Source of the DNA: a virus
Taxonomy: Duplodnaviria; Caudoviricetes
Virus record (IMG/VR): IMGVR_UViG_3300037847_004028
Span: 1 to 50,392 of that record
Strand: one strand, 5' to 3'
Length of the DNA stretch: 50,392 bases
Position numbers and translations under genes: made by a program. How positions within the stretch are numbered: the first letter of the stretch is position 1; the number at the start of each line of letters is the position of its first letter. The notes under the pieces are model-generated. The model saw only the letters and a list, made by a program, of their open reading frames with translations, did no database searches and was not told where the DNA came from. Shown here in pieces: positions 11,101 to 19,954 of this stretch.

Positions 11101-14100
11101 ACTTAAAGAAGATGCACCTGATATTGTTAAAGGAGCTACTGGTAAACATATTAATGATTTGTTTAATAAAGGCAATACAGATGATTCAGATGTTTTATTA
11201 AGTGAAATAGAAGATATGCCTAGTATAATTCTTACAGGTAAGCGTAAAAGAGAATTTGACATGATGCAGAACAAACTATGGAATGCAACTAAAAGAGGGT
11301 ATGGTTTAACTGAACTTGATTTTCCTGATTATGTAGATGCATTTAAAAGTTATTGGGGTGCTACAGTATTTAAAGATGGATATGATACTTGGTCACAAGA
11401 AAGGTTAGCTAAGAGTCCAACAAAAACAAGTATTGCAAAAACTATTGGTAAAAAAATGCGAAGCATAGGAGATGTGTTTGCAAATGAACAAGACCTAGAT
11501 AGTGAATTTGATGATGCTTATGATAGTGCAATAGAATATATAAGAGAAAACATTGGTGATGTTAATAGTGATTTAGAATTTAATCAATTAAGTGCAAAAG
11601 ACTTTAGTAGAATAGCAAAAAGTCCTTTTGTTGTATATGATTTTAGTGTTGATGTTGAAAAGCTTAGTGAGATACAAGACATTGCATATACACTTATAGA
11701 AGAAAATGAACAAACTGCTTTTAACGATTTGTTAGAAATTATTAGTACTCCTGAGTTTGATCTTGTAACTCCTGATGGTTTAACATTAGCTGAACTTGTA
11801 GAAAGAAACGATAATGCTAGGCAGTTATTTAGAAGGTATTACAATTCTATACATCCTAGTAATACTGGTTCAGTAAATAAAGGTGTAGAAGGTGAGATAA
11901 TCGAATACGAAGCAAGACTTTCTACTGCTTCAAATAGTTTAGAACCTACACTTAGAGATGGTAAGCTAGTATATCCTATCCTTGATTTTAGAGCAACTGG
12001 TGAATCTAGTCTTAATGGTCAAACAAGACCAGAGGTAGGTGTAAAAAGACATTACTTGAGATATGCACAGGATAATGGCTCTGTCTTTGCTATGCTTAAA
12101 AACAAAGATATATATGTAAGTTATAAAGAAAATAAAATATATGGATTCTTAAAAACACCACAGTTAATGAACTTGTATAAATACAAGCTAGTTGATAATA
12201 ATCTCGTACCAATTGCATCTCGTGGTGAAGATGGTAATCTTATTATGGCTGCTATAACAGATAAAGTAAAAAATGCTAGTAAGGATATAGAAACATTTGC
12301 AATAGAAGAAATACAGCCTTATAAAAAATTTATGAATACAAATAAAAGCAAATGGGAAACTGTAAATAATATATTTGGACCCTTGCTAAGTCAAGACAAT
12401 ATGACTACAAAAGAAAGTGAGTATTTTGATTTTGTATTTGATGGTGATTACAATACATATAGACAACATGTAATAGCAAGGCATTATGCATTAAAAGATT
12501 TGTTTGGCTCTGATTATATCTTTATGAAGCCAGAGACTTTAATGAAAAGAATTAAAATACCATTTACTCCTGTGCAAACAAGTCCTTCACTTCCTCCTAG
12601 AAAAGTAATGTTCTTTGATTCTAAAAATGCGACAATAGAATATAAATCTACTCGTGTTGATGGAGATGATAAAATTAAGAAAGTAAAACTGCAACAAGCT
12701 ATAGATGGAGAAATGCAATATATAGGTGATGGTACTACACTTACATCGGGTAATGTGTTTACAGAAACATATCCTGAGCATTTTGGTACTCCTGAAAATG
12801 CAACAAGAGCTAAAACAGTTCATTACTATAAAAGAGGTGAAGATGTTCATATGGCTAAACACCAAGAAATGACATTGTTTTTACCTGAGGGAGAAAGTGC
12901 AGTATTAAAAGTAAATAACGAACCTTATGCTTATTTTGTAAGAGAAGGAAATAATGTAAATATTTATGATATGGAAAATAATCCTATCGATAATCTTATG
13001 TCTAATGATGAAGCTAAAGTAAGAAGTGGTGAATTACTTAAGGATGGAGTAATGCATGAAATAGCTGGTGAGTCTATAGGTATGGTTACATTTACAGATA
13101 GGTATCAAAAGAATACTAGCATATTTAGTGGGCAATTAAGTTATTACTTTGATGATCCAAGATTTCAAGAACTTATAATGGATAAGTTTGAAAATATAAA
13201 TCAAGGTACATTCTCTCCTAAAGCATTAGAAGCTACATTAAGAGCAATCTCTGAAAATGGCGAAAGAATGGATGCAATTATTAAAAACTTTTCTAATCGT
13301 TATGTAGATGTAATACCGCAAAATGTTGAAGAACTAGCAGAATTAGGTGCTGGTAAACATCCAGTAAATAGTGGATTTTTTAAAGAGACAATGAAGAATA
13401 AGTTTTTAAAACCTATGGTAGATTTTAAGATGAAAGGTTCTCACTTAGATTTTCGTGCTGACTACAGAGGATTAGTAAATCAAGACGAAACTATCATCGG
13501 ACCAAACAATGGTTTAATAAAAGAAATTACAAGAATAGCAGAGCTACCTAGTAAAATGAATACTAATGCTAAAATAGATGCAGTTAATGAGTGGCTTAGT
13601 AAAAATAAATTTTACACAATGATTGTAAGGCATCCTGTCGCAAGTAGTGTAGGATTTGGTTTATATAGAATTAAAAAGATTGAACCTTCAATAGGTGATT
13701 CATTTATATTGCATCCTAAAGAAGTTAAAGAGCGTTTTGAAGGTGACCATGACCATGACAGAGGACATTTAGTATGGCTTGACCAAGAGTTTTATAATCA
13801 ACTTAAACCACATGAAGTCCCTACTAGTGGATTAGGATTAAGTCAATTTAAAAAGTTTGATGAAGAAAGTACCTTAGAAAACCTTAGTGGTACAGCAGAG
13901 ATGATTGAAAGAATGACTTATGGTCAAACTGCTATTGGAGAAGTAGTGAACATTACTAGATATGCAGGTGCATTAAATGCAATGTTTGGTAAGGATGGTT
14001 TTATGCAATATACAGTTAACGGTAAAGTAATTAAACTCAAACCAAGACCATTTAATATGCAAGTAATGGATAATGATATTGTTTATAAAGATGGTAGAAG

Positions 14101-15196
14101 GTGGAAAGGTAAAGTAAAAGACCTTTTAAGATTATATCTGCAAGCAGCAGTTGACCACCCTAAAGTATTATTACTTGATAGATGGAATTATAGTAGAGAT
14201 AAATTAATTAACTATTTGTTCTATGACCCAGCATCTCCAAATGCTCCTTTAAACGCTACATTAGTCGAGTTTCTTAAAAAAGGTATATTGGATATACTTA
14301 ATATAAATGGACAAGTAGATAATCATCGTGTCTCTGGTGGTAAGTCTGTAAAGTTTGATGAATTGTTAAATAAAAGTGAAGAATACAATGAATTTGTTAA
14401 TGATAGAGCAGAGTATTTAAGAAATGACTTATTAAGAAAAGAAGAAGCATATTATGATAATGTAAATAGTAACATTGAATCTGCAACACGATCACAGGAT
14501 ATGGTTTTATTTGGTGAAGCAAAGTTTGCAAAAAACAGTAATCAACCTATGAGTTTACAAGAAAAGATTACAATCAAATATGCAGAAATGTTAGATAAAA
14601 TACCTGGTAAGCGTAATAGATTTTTTAACACACCTCGTGAATTAAGTCTGCCTGTACATAGAACTGCAGTTTACAATATATACCCTGAATTGTTTGAGCA
14701 AATTACAGAAATGGCTGGAGATGTAGATGCATTACCTCAAGAGGGAATAACGTATGCAAGTAATATTTCTAATAGCTTAACTAAACTATATGAGTCTAAA
14801 AAAAATAAAAACGAAACTGGTAGTACAATAAGTTTTATAGAAAGACTTACTCCTAAAACATGGGATTACAATAAACAATTTGTTGAGTTTTATAAGTTTT
14901 GGTCTAAAAAATATGAAGCATTATCTCCACTAGATAGAAAGTTAGCTACAATACAATATTTATTTGGAACTGTTGGTGGTAATAAAAGAGTACTAAAACA
15001 AGATTTAAATACATTACCTCCTATAAAACGTAAAGGCGGTACAACATTAGACCCAGAAATAATGGCAATATATTTTAAAGAATATAATAGTTTATTAAAC
15101 AAATTTGAAAAAGATACTAGCATATTGACTGAGCTTAGAAAATCACCAAAGATGTCAATGGCTGAATTAAGAAAGGACTTAGGTTGTGGCAAGTAA
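8159..15196 (+). CDS. Large ejection protein containing a single-chain two-barrel (DPBB) virion RNA polymerase
   Basis: In order: KRIKIPFTP, GDG (D1524), K1552, K1567, GQL, RHP (R1824), EGDHDHD (1863-1867), GQTAIGEVVN, LQAAVDHPK; Gly/Ala-rich N-terminal membrane segments. Confidence 0.8.
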   Translation: MPQLDAIYRRKNRLVEQVPGSSQETLGVETAEPEVDVIRFDPDLEYGSEKNKISAYKSYFDAINMVLKNEKIPPVNFNHPTTFLLNKTESSKNLDMYNVYRDQMEKTLRSNFLWNDNVPLNKQEQTIDAWTDEIYGLTKHTQKFLNGYDISEDGKKAIYEITRNQIRKTSPTIFAWAGEEYNQFQNSKRDGLIKTSKQAESSFYEGLGALGIESVLGRDVKQYADQMRLEAESISEAQGYGAMTTGELFGIGGVEGVAKGLTNILYNAYQSLPYQVPSLATSLVARGLSSNPFTFGAGLGLSLGAGGIMETGSFLYETQKMYHQLKSQAFRSREILMNPEHPDYNPELFRKLFSIEMSDGSRKALDLVTDLEIRQMSEGLSRVYGGLSTAVEGLSSFAEKNIFGKIGSGMIKGMKNNNKSAVKAVFKSYFRKPFVSTFLEGGTEATQQGISEALKYYNVPEYSISKGAIAESFAIGAIYGASFSGAGALGRKAVDMYSNKRGDFNLSEEQASRLTQTDKERSKIRPYDNDIILGTNNAGYIEQIAKQYDISADEVVQRQNDLGQMDKLTAKNKKIIANANPQIFEKYGWTNIYKTFAKQQKKTVVQKQGKTVSKVAKKTPSKRISGQPEMSPEAIIQQAMQFNFDDLPSGMPSQIDPDAQAGLDIFDNGNEMNIDLVIEQELRSQIEFTKKNTTLTSNEKRVKLKELQSKLDKATQSLKQPAKVKKKIKKKVEIKQKTKAVVKKTLQKPDTIEGLKRKLNYIKTNYVDNVKDKNSDNYKTALQTVNEYQKRLEQLESKTKKKPVKKQQFSSFDQPLELPKDIQFSEKPTDYNAVKKIRPKSKSLLKDFKDSKKKSFDAYMSLAPRVITKPELRKSPITQDILILENGKAIGEIKANENEKGLRTESLILGKGKNAIIVPNVVSVNNINTQLDKYISPKQTNVPESDPDKIADSEKRTGSMKDIQALLAKKKGTSQLNIFDKLKEDAPDIVKGATGKHINDLFNKGNTDDSDVLLSEIEDMPSIILTGKRKREFDMMQNKLWNATKRGYGLTELDFPDYVDAFKSYWGATVFKDGYDTWSQERLAKSPTKTSIAKTIGKKMRSIGDVFANEQDLDSEFDDAYDSAIEYIRENIGDVNSDLEFNQLSAKDFSRIAKSPFVVYDFSVDVEKLSEIQDIAYTLIEENEQTAFNDLLEIISTPEFDLVTPDGLTLAELVERNDNARQLFRRYYNSIHPSNTGSVNKGVEGEIIEYEARLSTASNSLEPTLRDGKLVYPILDFRATGESSLNGQTRPEVGVKRHYLRYAQDNGSVFAMLKNKDIYVSYKENKIYGFLKTPQLMNLYKYKLVDNNLVPIASRGEDGNLIMAAITDKVKNASKDIETFAIEEIQPYKKFMNTNKSKWETVNNIFGPLLSQDNMTTKESEYFDFVFDGDYNTYRQHVIARHYALKDLFGSDYIFMKPETLMKRIKIPFTPVQTSPSLPPRKVMFFDSKNATIEYKSTRVDGDDKIKKVKLQQAIDGEMQYIGDGTTLTSGNVFTETYPEHFGTPENATRAKTVHYYKRGEDVHMAKHQEMTLFLPEGESAVLKVNNEPYAYFVREGNNVNIYDMENNPIDNLMSNDEAKVRSGELLKDGVMHEIAGESIGMVTFTDRYQKNTSIFSGQLSYYFDDPRFQELIMDKFENINQGTFSPKALEATLRAISENGERMDAIIKNFSNRYVDVIPQNVEELAELGAGKHPVNSGFFKETMKNKFLKPMVDFKMKGSHLDFRADYRGLVNQDETIIGPNNGLIKEITRIAELPSKMNTNAKIDAVNEWLSKNKFYTMIVRHPVASSVGFGLYRIKKIEPSIGDSFILHPKEVKERFEGDHDHDRGHLVWLDQEFYNQLKPHEVPTSGLGLSQFKKFDEESTLENLSGTAEMIERMTYGQTAIGEVVNITRYAGALNAMFGKDGFMQYTVNGKVIKLKPRPFNMQVMDNDIVYKDGRRWKGKVKDLLRLYLQAAVDHPKVLLLDRWNYSRDKLINYLFYDPASPNAPLNATLVEFLKKGILDILNINGQVDNHRVSGGKSVKFDELLNKSEEYNEFVNDRAEYLRNDLLRKEEAYYDNVNSNIESATRSQDMVLFGEAKFAKNSNQPMSLQEKITIKYAEMLDKIPGKRNRFFNTPRELSLPVHRTAVYNIYPELFEQITEMAGDVDALPQEGITYASNISNSLTKLYESKKNKNETGSTISFIERLTPKTWDYNKQFVEFYKFWSKKYEALSPLDRKLATIQYLFGTVGGNKRVLKQDLNTLPPIKRKGGTTLDPEIMAIYFKEYNSLLNKFEKDTSILTELRKSPKMSMAELRKDLGCGK

Positions 15197-18100
15197 TAAA
15201 TGTAGCGATTTAGAACAAGATGATGTACTGGTAGCAGATTTACATAATGCCTCTAATTTAGAAAGTGAACTAAATAAGAAACAATTGTATGACCCTGATG
15301 TTTTACCTGTATTTAAAAAAATAGATCAATCTATTAAAAATACAATAGACAGAATGAAAAAATACTCAGGTGAGTATGACCCTTCTAAGTTTACGTTTAA
15401 TGAAAAGTATCTAAGAAAACTAATTAAAAGAAGAGAAGCAACAACAGACCAAGTAGAAAAACAAACTATTATAACTGCATTACAATCACAAGCAGATGCT
15501 GACCCAGGTTTTTTAGAAGCATTAAAAGAAAGTGCATATGAAATAACTAAGACAGAACAATACAAAGAGCAAAGAAAATACAAAGAAGCTAAAGTAGACC
15601 CTGTTACAAAGTTACCTAATTTTTATACACTTAGTTTACAAACGCTTAGAGTATTGTATCACGACTTAGCACCTTTAATGGATGTAAATGAAAATGGAGA
15701 TGTGCTTGGTAGGTTAGGTTCAAACATTGCATATGAGTTTGCATTACCTAAAACAATATTTAAAAGAGCAAAAGACACAGAAATATTTAAATACAAACAA
15801 GCATTGTATGATTATCGTAATGAAATGAATAGAAGGGTTTCTAGTTACTCTGGTCCGATAGACGTTCCTTCCAGTCAAGAAAGAGAAAGAGTACACCCTG
15901 ACACAGATATTCCTGTTATAGATAATATAAGAAGAAGTAAGGCAGGCTATGCTGATATACTTGACAATATAAATACAACAGTAAATGCATATCTAAAAGC
16001 TAGGGGCATGGTAGGAGATGGTAGTGATCAAGTACATGAATTAATTACAGATTTAATGCATGGCAGAGCGTTTATAAGGATGGATAAAAAAGGATTTGGT
16101 AAAGTATATCGATATGAAAACTGGGTTCCTACTGAAAGAAGATATAAAGAAAGTGGAGATAGAATATTTAGATGGAAAGGGAAAGAGTTTAACGAACAAC
16201 AACTTGAAAAATATAATAAACAATATGGTAATAAGTTTGATTTTACTGAATATGTAGTGCCTTATCAGTTTGGTAATAGACCACAAATAGATTTTGGTGC
16301 AGAAATGAAAAACGGAATGTCTATGGCTAATTCTGTAGACTCGTTATTAGAGCATTTAGACATTATATATAGGGAAGGTTTTGATGATGTAAAGACTGAC
16401 CTTACAAACGTAATAGAAGAAATGAATACTACTTTAAATGAATACAAGAAAAAAGGAATACAGATGCCACCTGAATTATTTCAGGAACTTGTTACAGATA
16501 AAGTAAATCAAGAAGAATTTTTAGATTTATTAAATAAAGATATATCTAATAGGAATGAAGAAAGAAATGAAAGACTAGTTGCTGGACAAAGAATGCAAGC
16601 TGTAGGAAAAGTACAAAAAAGAAAACAACATGCATTAGAAGATGGTACAATAATTATAGCAAGAGATTATAAAAGGTATTATCCTAAGATGTATTTTAGT
16701 GCAGATGTAGGTGAAGGAATTAATCAAGCTTTAATAAATATAGATAGTGAATTATTAGCATTACAAAATGCAATGGTAATTGACCCTGACCTTATTGATG
16801 AAAATACAGCAGCAAACTTAGATAAAGATTCTGATAGATTCAATGAACTAGTAAAAGGTAAAGCACATTTAGAACAAGCTTTAGTAAGATACTTAGATTT
16901 AAATGGGCAAACGTTAAAAGAAGATGAAGTAGCAGAGTTAATGACTCCATTTGAAAAGCATTTTAAACCTGTTACTAATTTTTTACCTTATGATTTAGTA
17001 AGAAAAGATAAAAGCGTAACTCCTGATTATTTTAATAGAATATCTAAAACAGTTGTTAAAGCACAATTGTTATCAAAGTTATTATCTGCTTATGGCAGGA
17101 TACAGAAACCAAGCTTTCAAAACTATTTAGTTAATAGATATAGGATTGCATGGAATAGTCCTAAATCAGAAGGTAGTTTTTTAGGAACAAGATTTGACAT
17201 GCCTTCATTAGCTAAAAAATTACATGTAAGTGAAGATGGCATTGTAAACCTATTAAATAAAATGAGGTCAATACAAACTTTTCAAGTATTAGGAGGGTGG
17301 TCTTCGGGATTTGGTCAGCTTACATCTATGGCTAACAAAATGATGGAACTTGGATATGATGCAACTATAACTGCATATCAAGATTCTCAGCTAACAGAAA
17401 ACAAAGCATTGATTGTAAAGAGTGGTATACTATCATTTGAAGATATGGTTGAAACGCATCTTCTTATGGAAGGTAATAGTGCTGAAGTAAAAAGAGTACA
17501 AGAACTTAAAAAGAAATATAAACAAGAATTAGAATCAGGAAAGATTCAAGGATTCGCTAAAGCGTTGTTAAGAACGTTAGAAAAAAATAATTCTGCTTGG
17601 GCTGAAGTACCAAGATCACTGGCAAACTATGCAATTACTGGAGAGTTTCCTATATATAGTACTGATAGTAAAACAGTAAAGAATGCTAAGTTTGTAGCAA
17701 ACTTTAGAAAATACGTTAGTATGTCATTAACAGAAAAAATACTTCGTAGTACATCTTTTATGATGGGTGTTAATTGGAGTATTGAATCTGGATATGCACA
17801 AAGTAAAGATGACCCAGTAGCTACAGAGTTTGGTAAACGTTTTGTACAAGAAATGGATTTTACACTTGGCAATGAAGGTGTAGGAGATTCTTTTGGTAAT
17901 TCATTAATGCAATGGTTTAATCAAGTAAGGGTTTGGAGTACACAAAGAATGGCTTATGGCAAAGATGCATACAAACGAGCATGGTTATCTGAGTATGCAG
18001 TAGACCCTGATCAAAGTAAAATTACTAGAAGTGCAAAAGCATCTATAAAATTTGCTAATGCATTAATGTTGGAAGCTAGTGGAAATGGTCTTACTGTTGC

Positions 18101-18824
18101 TAGTACGTTAGGAGGGGCGGCAGTTGCAGGTTCATTACTTGCTGGATATAGTGGCGTACTTGGTCCAATAGGAGCATTAGCTGGAGGTGTTGCAGGGTAT
18201 GGAACATCTTATTTAAGTAAAAAGATAACAAATCCTATAACGCATTTAGAAGAACGAAGAAAAGCTTTGCGTTTAACAAACCCTAGTACTTCTAAGGCTA
18301 GTCAAATGCTATTATTTCATGGTGCAACATCAGCATTATATGATTTTGTATTATACAATTTTGATTTTAGTTATGCTAAAGAAGGTGCATTAGCATCAGG
18401 TGTGTTAAAGTTTACTAGAAGATTTGCAGGTAATCAATCGTTTACAAGGCTTGGTAGTGGGTTTACTTCACCATTAATGAGAAGCACAATGATGAGTATG
18501 CACTTATTATATAAAGCTCTTAATGAAGAAGAAGATGTAGAAGCTTTAGATTTTGTTAAGTTGTTTGGAAGTTTCGCAGGGGTAGGATATATGCAATTTG
18601 CATATTTACTTATGGATGCATTTTATGATGAGCAGTCATTAGCAAAACATAAAAATAAAAATGCTCGTAATGGTATACGTCAATTTATTAGATTAAATAC
18701 ACCTAATATAGTTCCAAGCGAATTACTGGGTTCATTTGGTGCAGATTTTTTTGACATTACTGAAGCTGGTGCAAAAGTATTTGATGATATAAATAGATAT
18801 GGAATGGGATTAGGTAAAAAATAA
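15186..18824 (+). CDS. Large internal virion/ejection protein with Gly-rich transmembrane hairpin
   Basis: GTG start with AAGGA SD; 1212 aa; TLGGAAVAGSLLAGYSGVLGPIGALAGGVAGYG segment; last gene of the + block. Confidence 0.65.
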   Translation: MASNKCSDLEQDDVLVADLHNASNLESELNKKQLYDPDVLPVFKKIDQSIKNTIDRMKKYSGEYDPSKFTFNEKYLRKLIKRREATTDQVEKQTIITALQSQADADPGFLEALKESAYEITKTEQYKEQRKYKEAKVDPVTKLPNFYTLSLQTLRVLYHDLAPLMDVNENGDVLGRLGSNIAYEFALPKTIFKRAKDTEIFKYKQALYDYRNEMNRRVSSYSGPIDVPSSQERERVHPDTDIPVIDNIRRSKAGYADILDNINTTVNAYLKARGMVGDGSDQVHELITDLMHGRAFIRMDKKGFGKVYRYENWVPTERRYKESGDRIFRWKGKEFNEQQLEKYNKQYGNKFDFTEYVVPYQFGNRPQIDFGAEMKNGMSMANSVDSLLEHLDIIYREGFDDVKTDLTNVIEEMNTTLNEYKKKGIQMPPELFQELVTDKVNQEEFLDLLNKDISNRNEERNERLVAGQRMQAVGKVQKRKQHALEDGTIIIARDYKRYYPKMYFSADVGEGINQALINIDSELLALQNAMVIDPDLIDENTAANLDKDSDRFNELVKGKAHLEQALVRYLDLNGQTLKEDEVAELMTPFEKHFKPVTNFLPYDLVRKDKSVTPDYFNRISKTVVKAQLLSKLLSAYGRIQKPSFQNYLVNRYRIAWNSPKSEGSFLGTRFDMPSLAKKLHVSEDGIVNLLNKMRSIQTFQVLGGWSSGFGQLTSMANKMMELGYDATITAYQDSQLTENKALIVKSGILSFEDMVETHLLMEGNSAEVKRVQELKKKYKQELESGKIQGFAKALLRTLEKNNSAWAEVPRSLANYAITGEFPIYSTDSKTVKNAKFVANFRKYVSMSLTEKILRSTSFMMGVNWSIESGYAQSKDDPVATEFGKRFVQEMDFTLGNEGVGDSFGNSLMQWFNQVRVWSTQRMAYGKDAYKRAWLSEYAVDPDQSKITRSAKASIKFANALMLEASGNGLTVASTLGGAAVAGSLLAGYSGVLGPIGALAGGVAGYGTSYLSKKITNPITHLEERRKALRLTNPSTSKASQMLLFHGATSALYDFVLYNFDFSYAKEGALASGVLKFTRRFAGNQSFTRLGSGFTSPLMRSTMMSMHLLYKALNEEEDVEALDFVKLFGSFAGVGYMQFAYLLMDAFYDEQSLAKHKNKNARNGIRQFIRLNTPNIVPSELLGSFGADFFDITEAGAKVFDDINRYGMGLGKK

Positions 18825-18901
18825 TCTGTTACAATTAGGAATGTATGCTTAAAATATGTTGCACTCACTTATGTGTGTGTTGCTTAAACAGGTCTATTTA
18901 A

Positions 18902-18949
18902 GAGGGAGCCACTCAGTCCAAATTACTTTGGTAATTGAGTGACTCTCTC
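18902..18949. terminator. Long hairpin between convergent gene blocks (possible bidirectional terminator)
   Basis: gagggagccactca 18902-15 pairs with tgagtgactctctc 18936-49 (12/14 Watson-Crick); no clear adjacent U-tract. Confidence 0.45.
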
Positions 18950-19037
18950 AAACCCCACGAAAACGCCCTAACGCTCTCGATATCATTTTACTTATTTTTT
19001 ATTTGTTTTACAAGCTTTTTACACTTGATTTACAAAG

Positions 19038-19217
19038 TTATATAGTATTTTCATCTACTTTTTTTAAAATATGATAAGGAAGTACTTCTCTTATCTCAGG
19101 TATTAATTCATTATCAGGATAATTAACTGTTAACCAATGTAATATTGTTGCCATTATTTCTTCGTATTTAGCGTTTTTTGCGATTTCTTTTGCGACTTGC
19201 TCCATTGACATTGTCAT
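19038..19217 (-). CDS. Hypothetical 59-aa protein
   Basis: AAGGAG SD; MTMSMEQVAKEIAKNAKYEEIMATILHWL...ENTI*. Confidence 0.6.
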   Translation of the reverse strand: MTMSMEQVAKEIAKNAKYEEIMATILHWLTVNYPDNELIPEIREVLPYHILKKVDENTI

Positions 19218-19530
19218 TGTTTAACTCCTTTACTTTTATATAACGTTCTAGCCACGAATCAAAAGGTTCTACTACATAAGGTATTCCTCTATCTTCTTTT
19301 ATAACTTGTATGTCTACTTCTTCAGATGGTATCATCCATTGTGCAATCTTTTTACGACATTTAGCTTGTACTTTAATTACTTTATCTATTAATAAATCAA
19401 CTTCTTCATGCCAGCCCAATGATTGACCATTACTACCCCATGCTCTTTGACATTCTAAACCCATATCTTTTGTCATATCTCTTAATAAATATTCAAAGCG
19501 ATTACCTTTTGCTTTTGATTTGTTTGCCAT
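19168..19530 (-). CDS. Holliday junction resolvase, Hjc-like PD-(D/E)xK
   Basis: SKAKGNRFE...RAWGS...VDL...VQAK; start MANK with GGAGA SD. Confidence 0.8.
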   Translation of the reverse strand: MANKSKAKGNRFEYLLRDMTKDMGLECQRAWGSNGQSLGWHEEVDLLIDKVIKVQAKCRKKIAQWMIPSEEVDIQVIKEDRGIPYVVEPFDSWLERYIKVKELNNDNVNGASRKRNRKKR

Positions 19531-19648
19531 GATCTCTCCAATCCTCAAATATATTTATACTTAAAACAAATAACACACTACCTATACCAATACATAATAT
19601 GCTAAAAGACATAATTACTATGTTGATTATCCATTCTGCTAATATCAT
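19502..19648 (-). CDS. 48-aa single-TM membrane protein
   Basis: AAGGAG SD; MILAEWIINIVIMSFSILCIGIGSVLFVLSINIF...KR*. Confidence 0.6.
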   Translation of the reverse strand: MILAEWIINIVIMSFSILCIGIGSVLFVLSINIFEDWRDHGKQIKSKR

Positions 19649-19670
19649 TTTATACTCCTTATTTAAACAT

Positions 19671-19731
19671 GCGAAGGGTCAAACTGGCGAGACTAAAACC
19701 AGACCAAGGAGGAGGAATCCTGACCCCTCGC
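19671..19731 (-). ncRNA. Structured intergenic element with CCUCC loop
   Basis: 11-bp closing stem with a G-U on the - strand; inner CUGG/CCAG stem and GGA-UUCCUCC-UCC hairpin. Confidence 0.5.
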
Positions 19732-19738
19732 TGTTATG

Positions 19739-19954
19739 TTATTTACATTTAGGACATGGTTGTTTCTTTTTTCCATAAGTAGGAAAATCATGTAAGTATA
19801 TTATTTTATGAGTGCCTCTTAGATATTCTTTTGTCTCTATACTTTCCCAGCATTGATTGCAAGATTTACAGTAGTTTATATTTCTATCTGCTCTTCTTGC
19901 ATCAGCTTTCCAACCATGTCTTTTTAATGCAAGTGCTTGTTTATACTTAATCAT
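19739..19954 (-). CDS. Small Zn-finger protein
   Basis: CKSC...CPKC; overlaps the dnaB stop. Confidence 0.65.
   Translation of the reverse strand: MIKYKQALALKRHGWKADARRADRNINYCKSCNQCWESIETKEYLRGTHKIIYLHDFPTYGKKKQPCPKCK

Noticed and set aside
12437-12448. FDGD in the giant protein resembling the RNAP NADFDGD motif
   Set aside because: It reads VFDGD, lacking the first Asp, has no upstream RxP and lies before the DPBB-B motifs; DHDHD fits the full motif order
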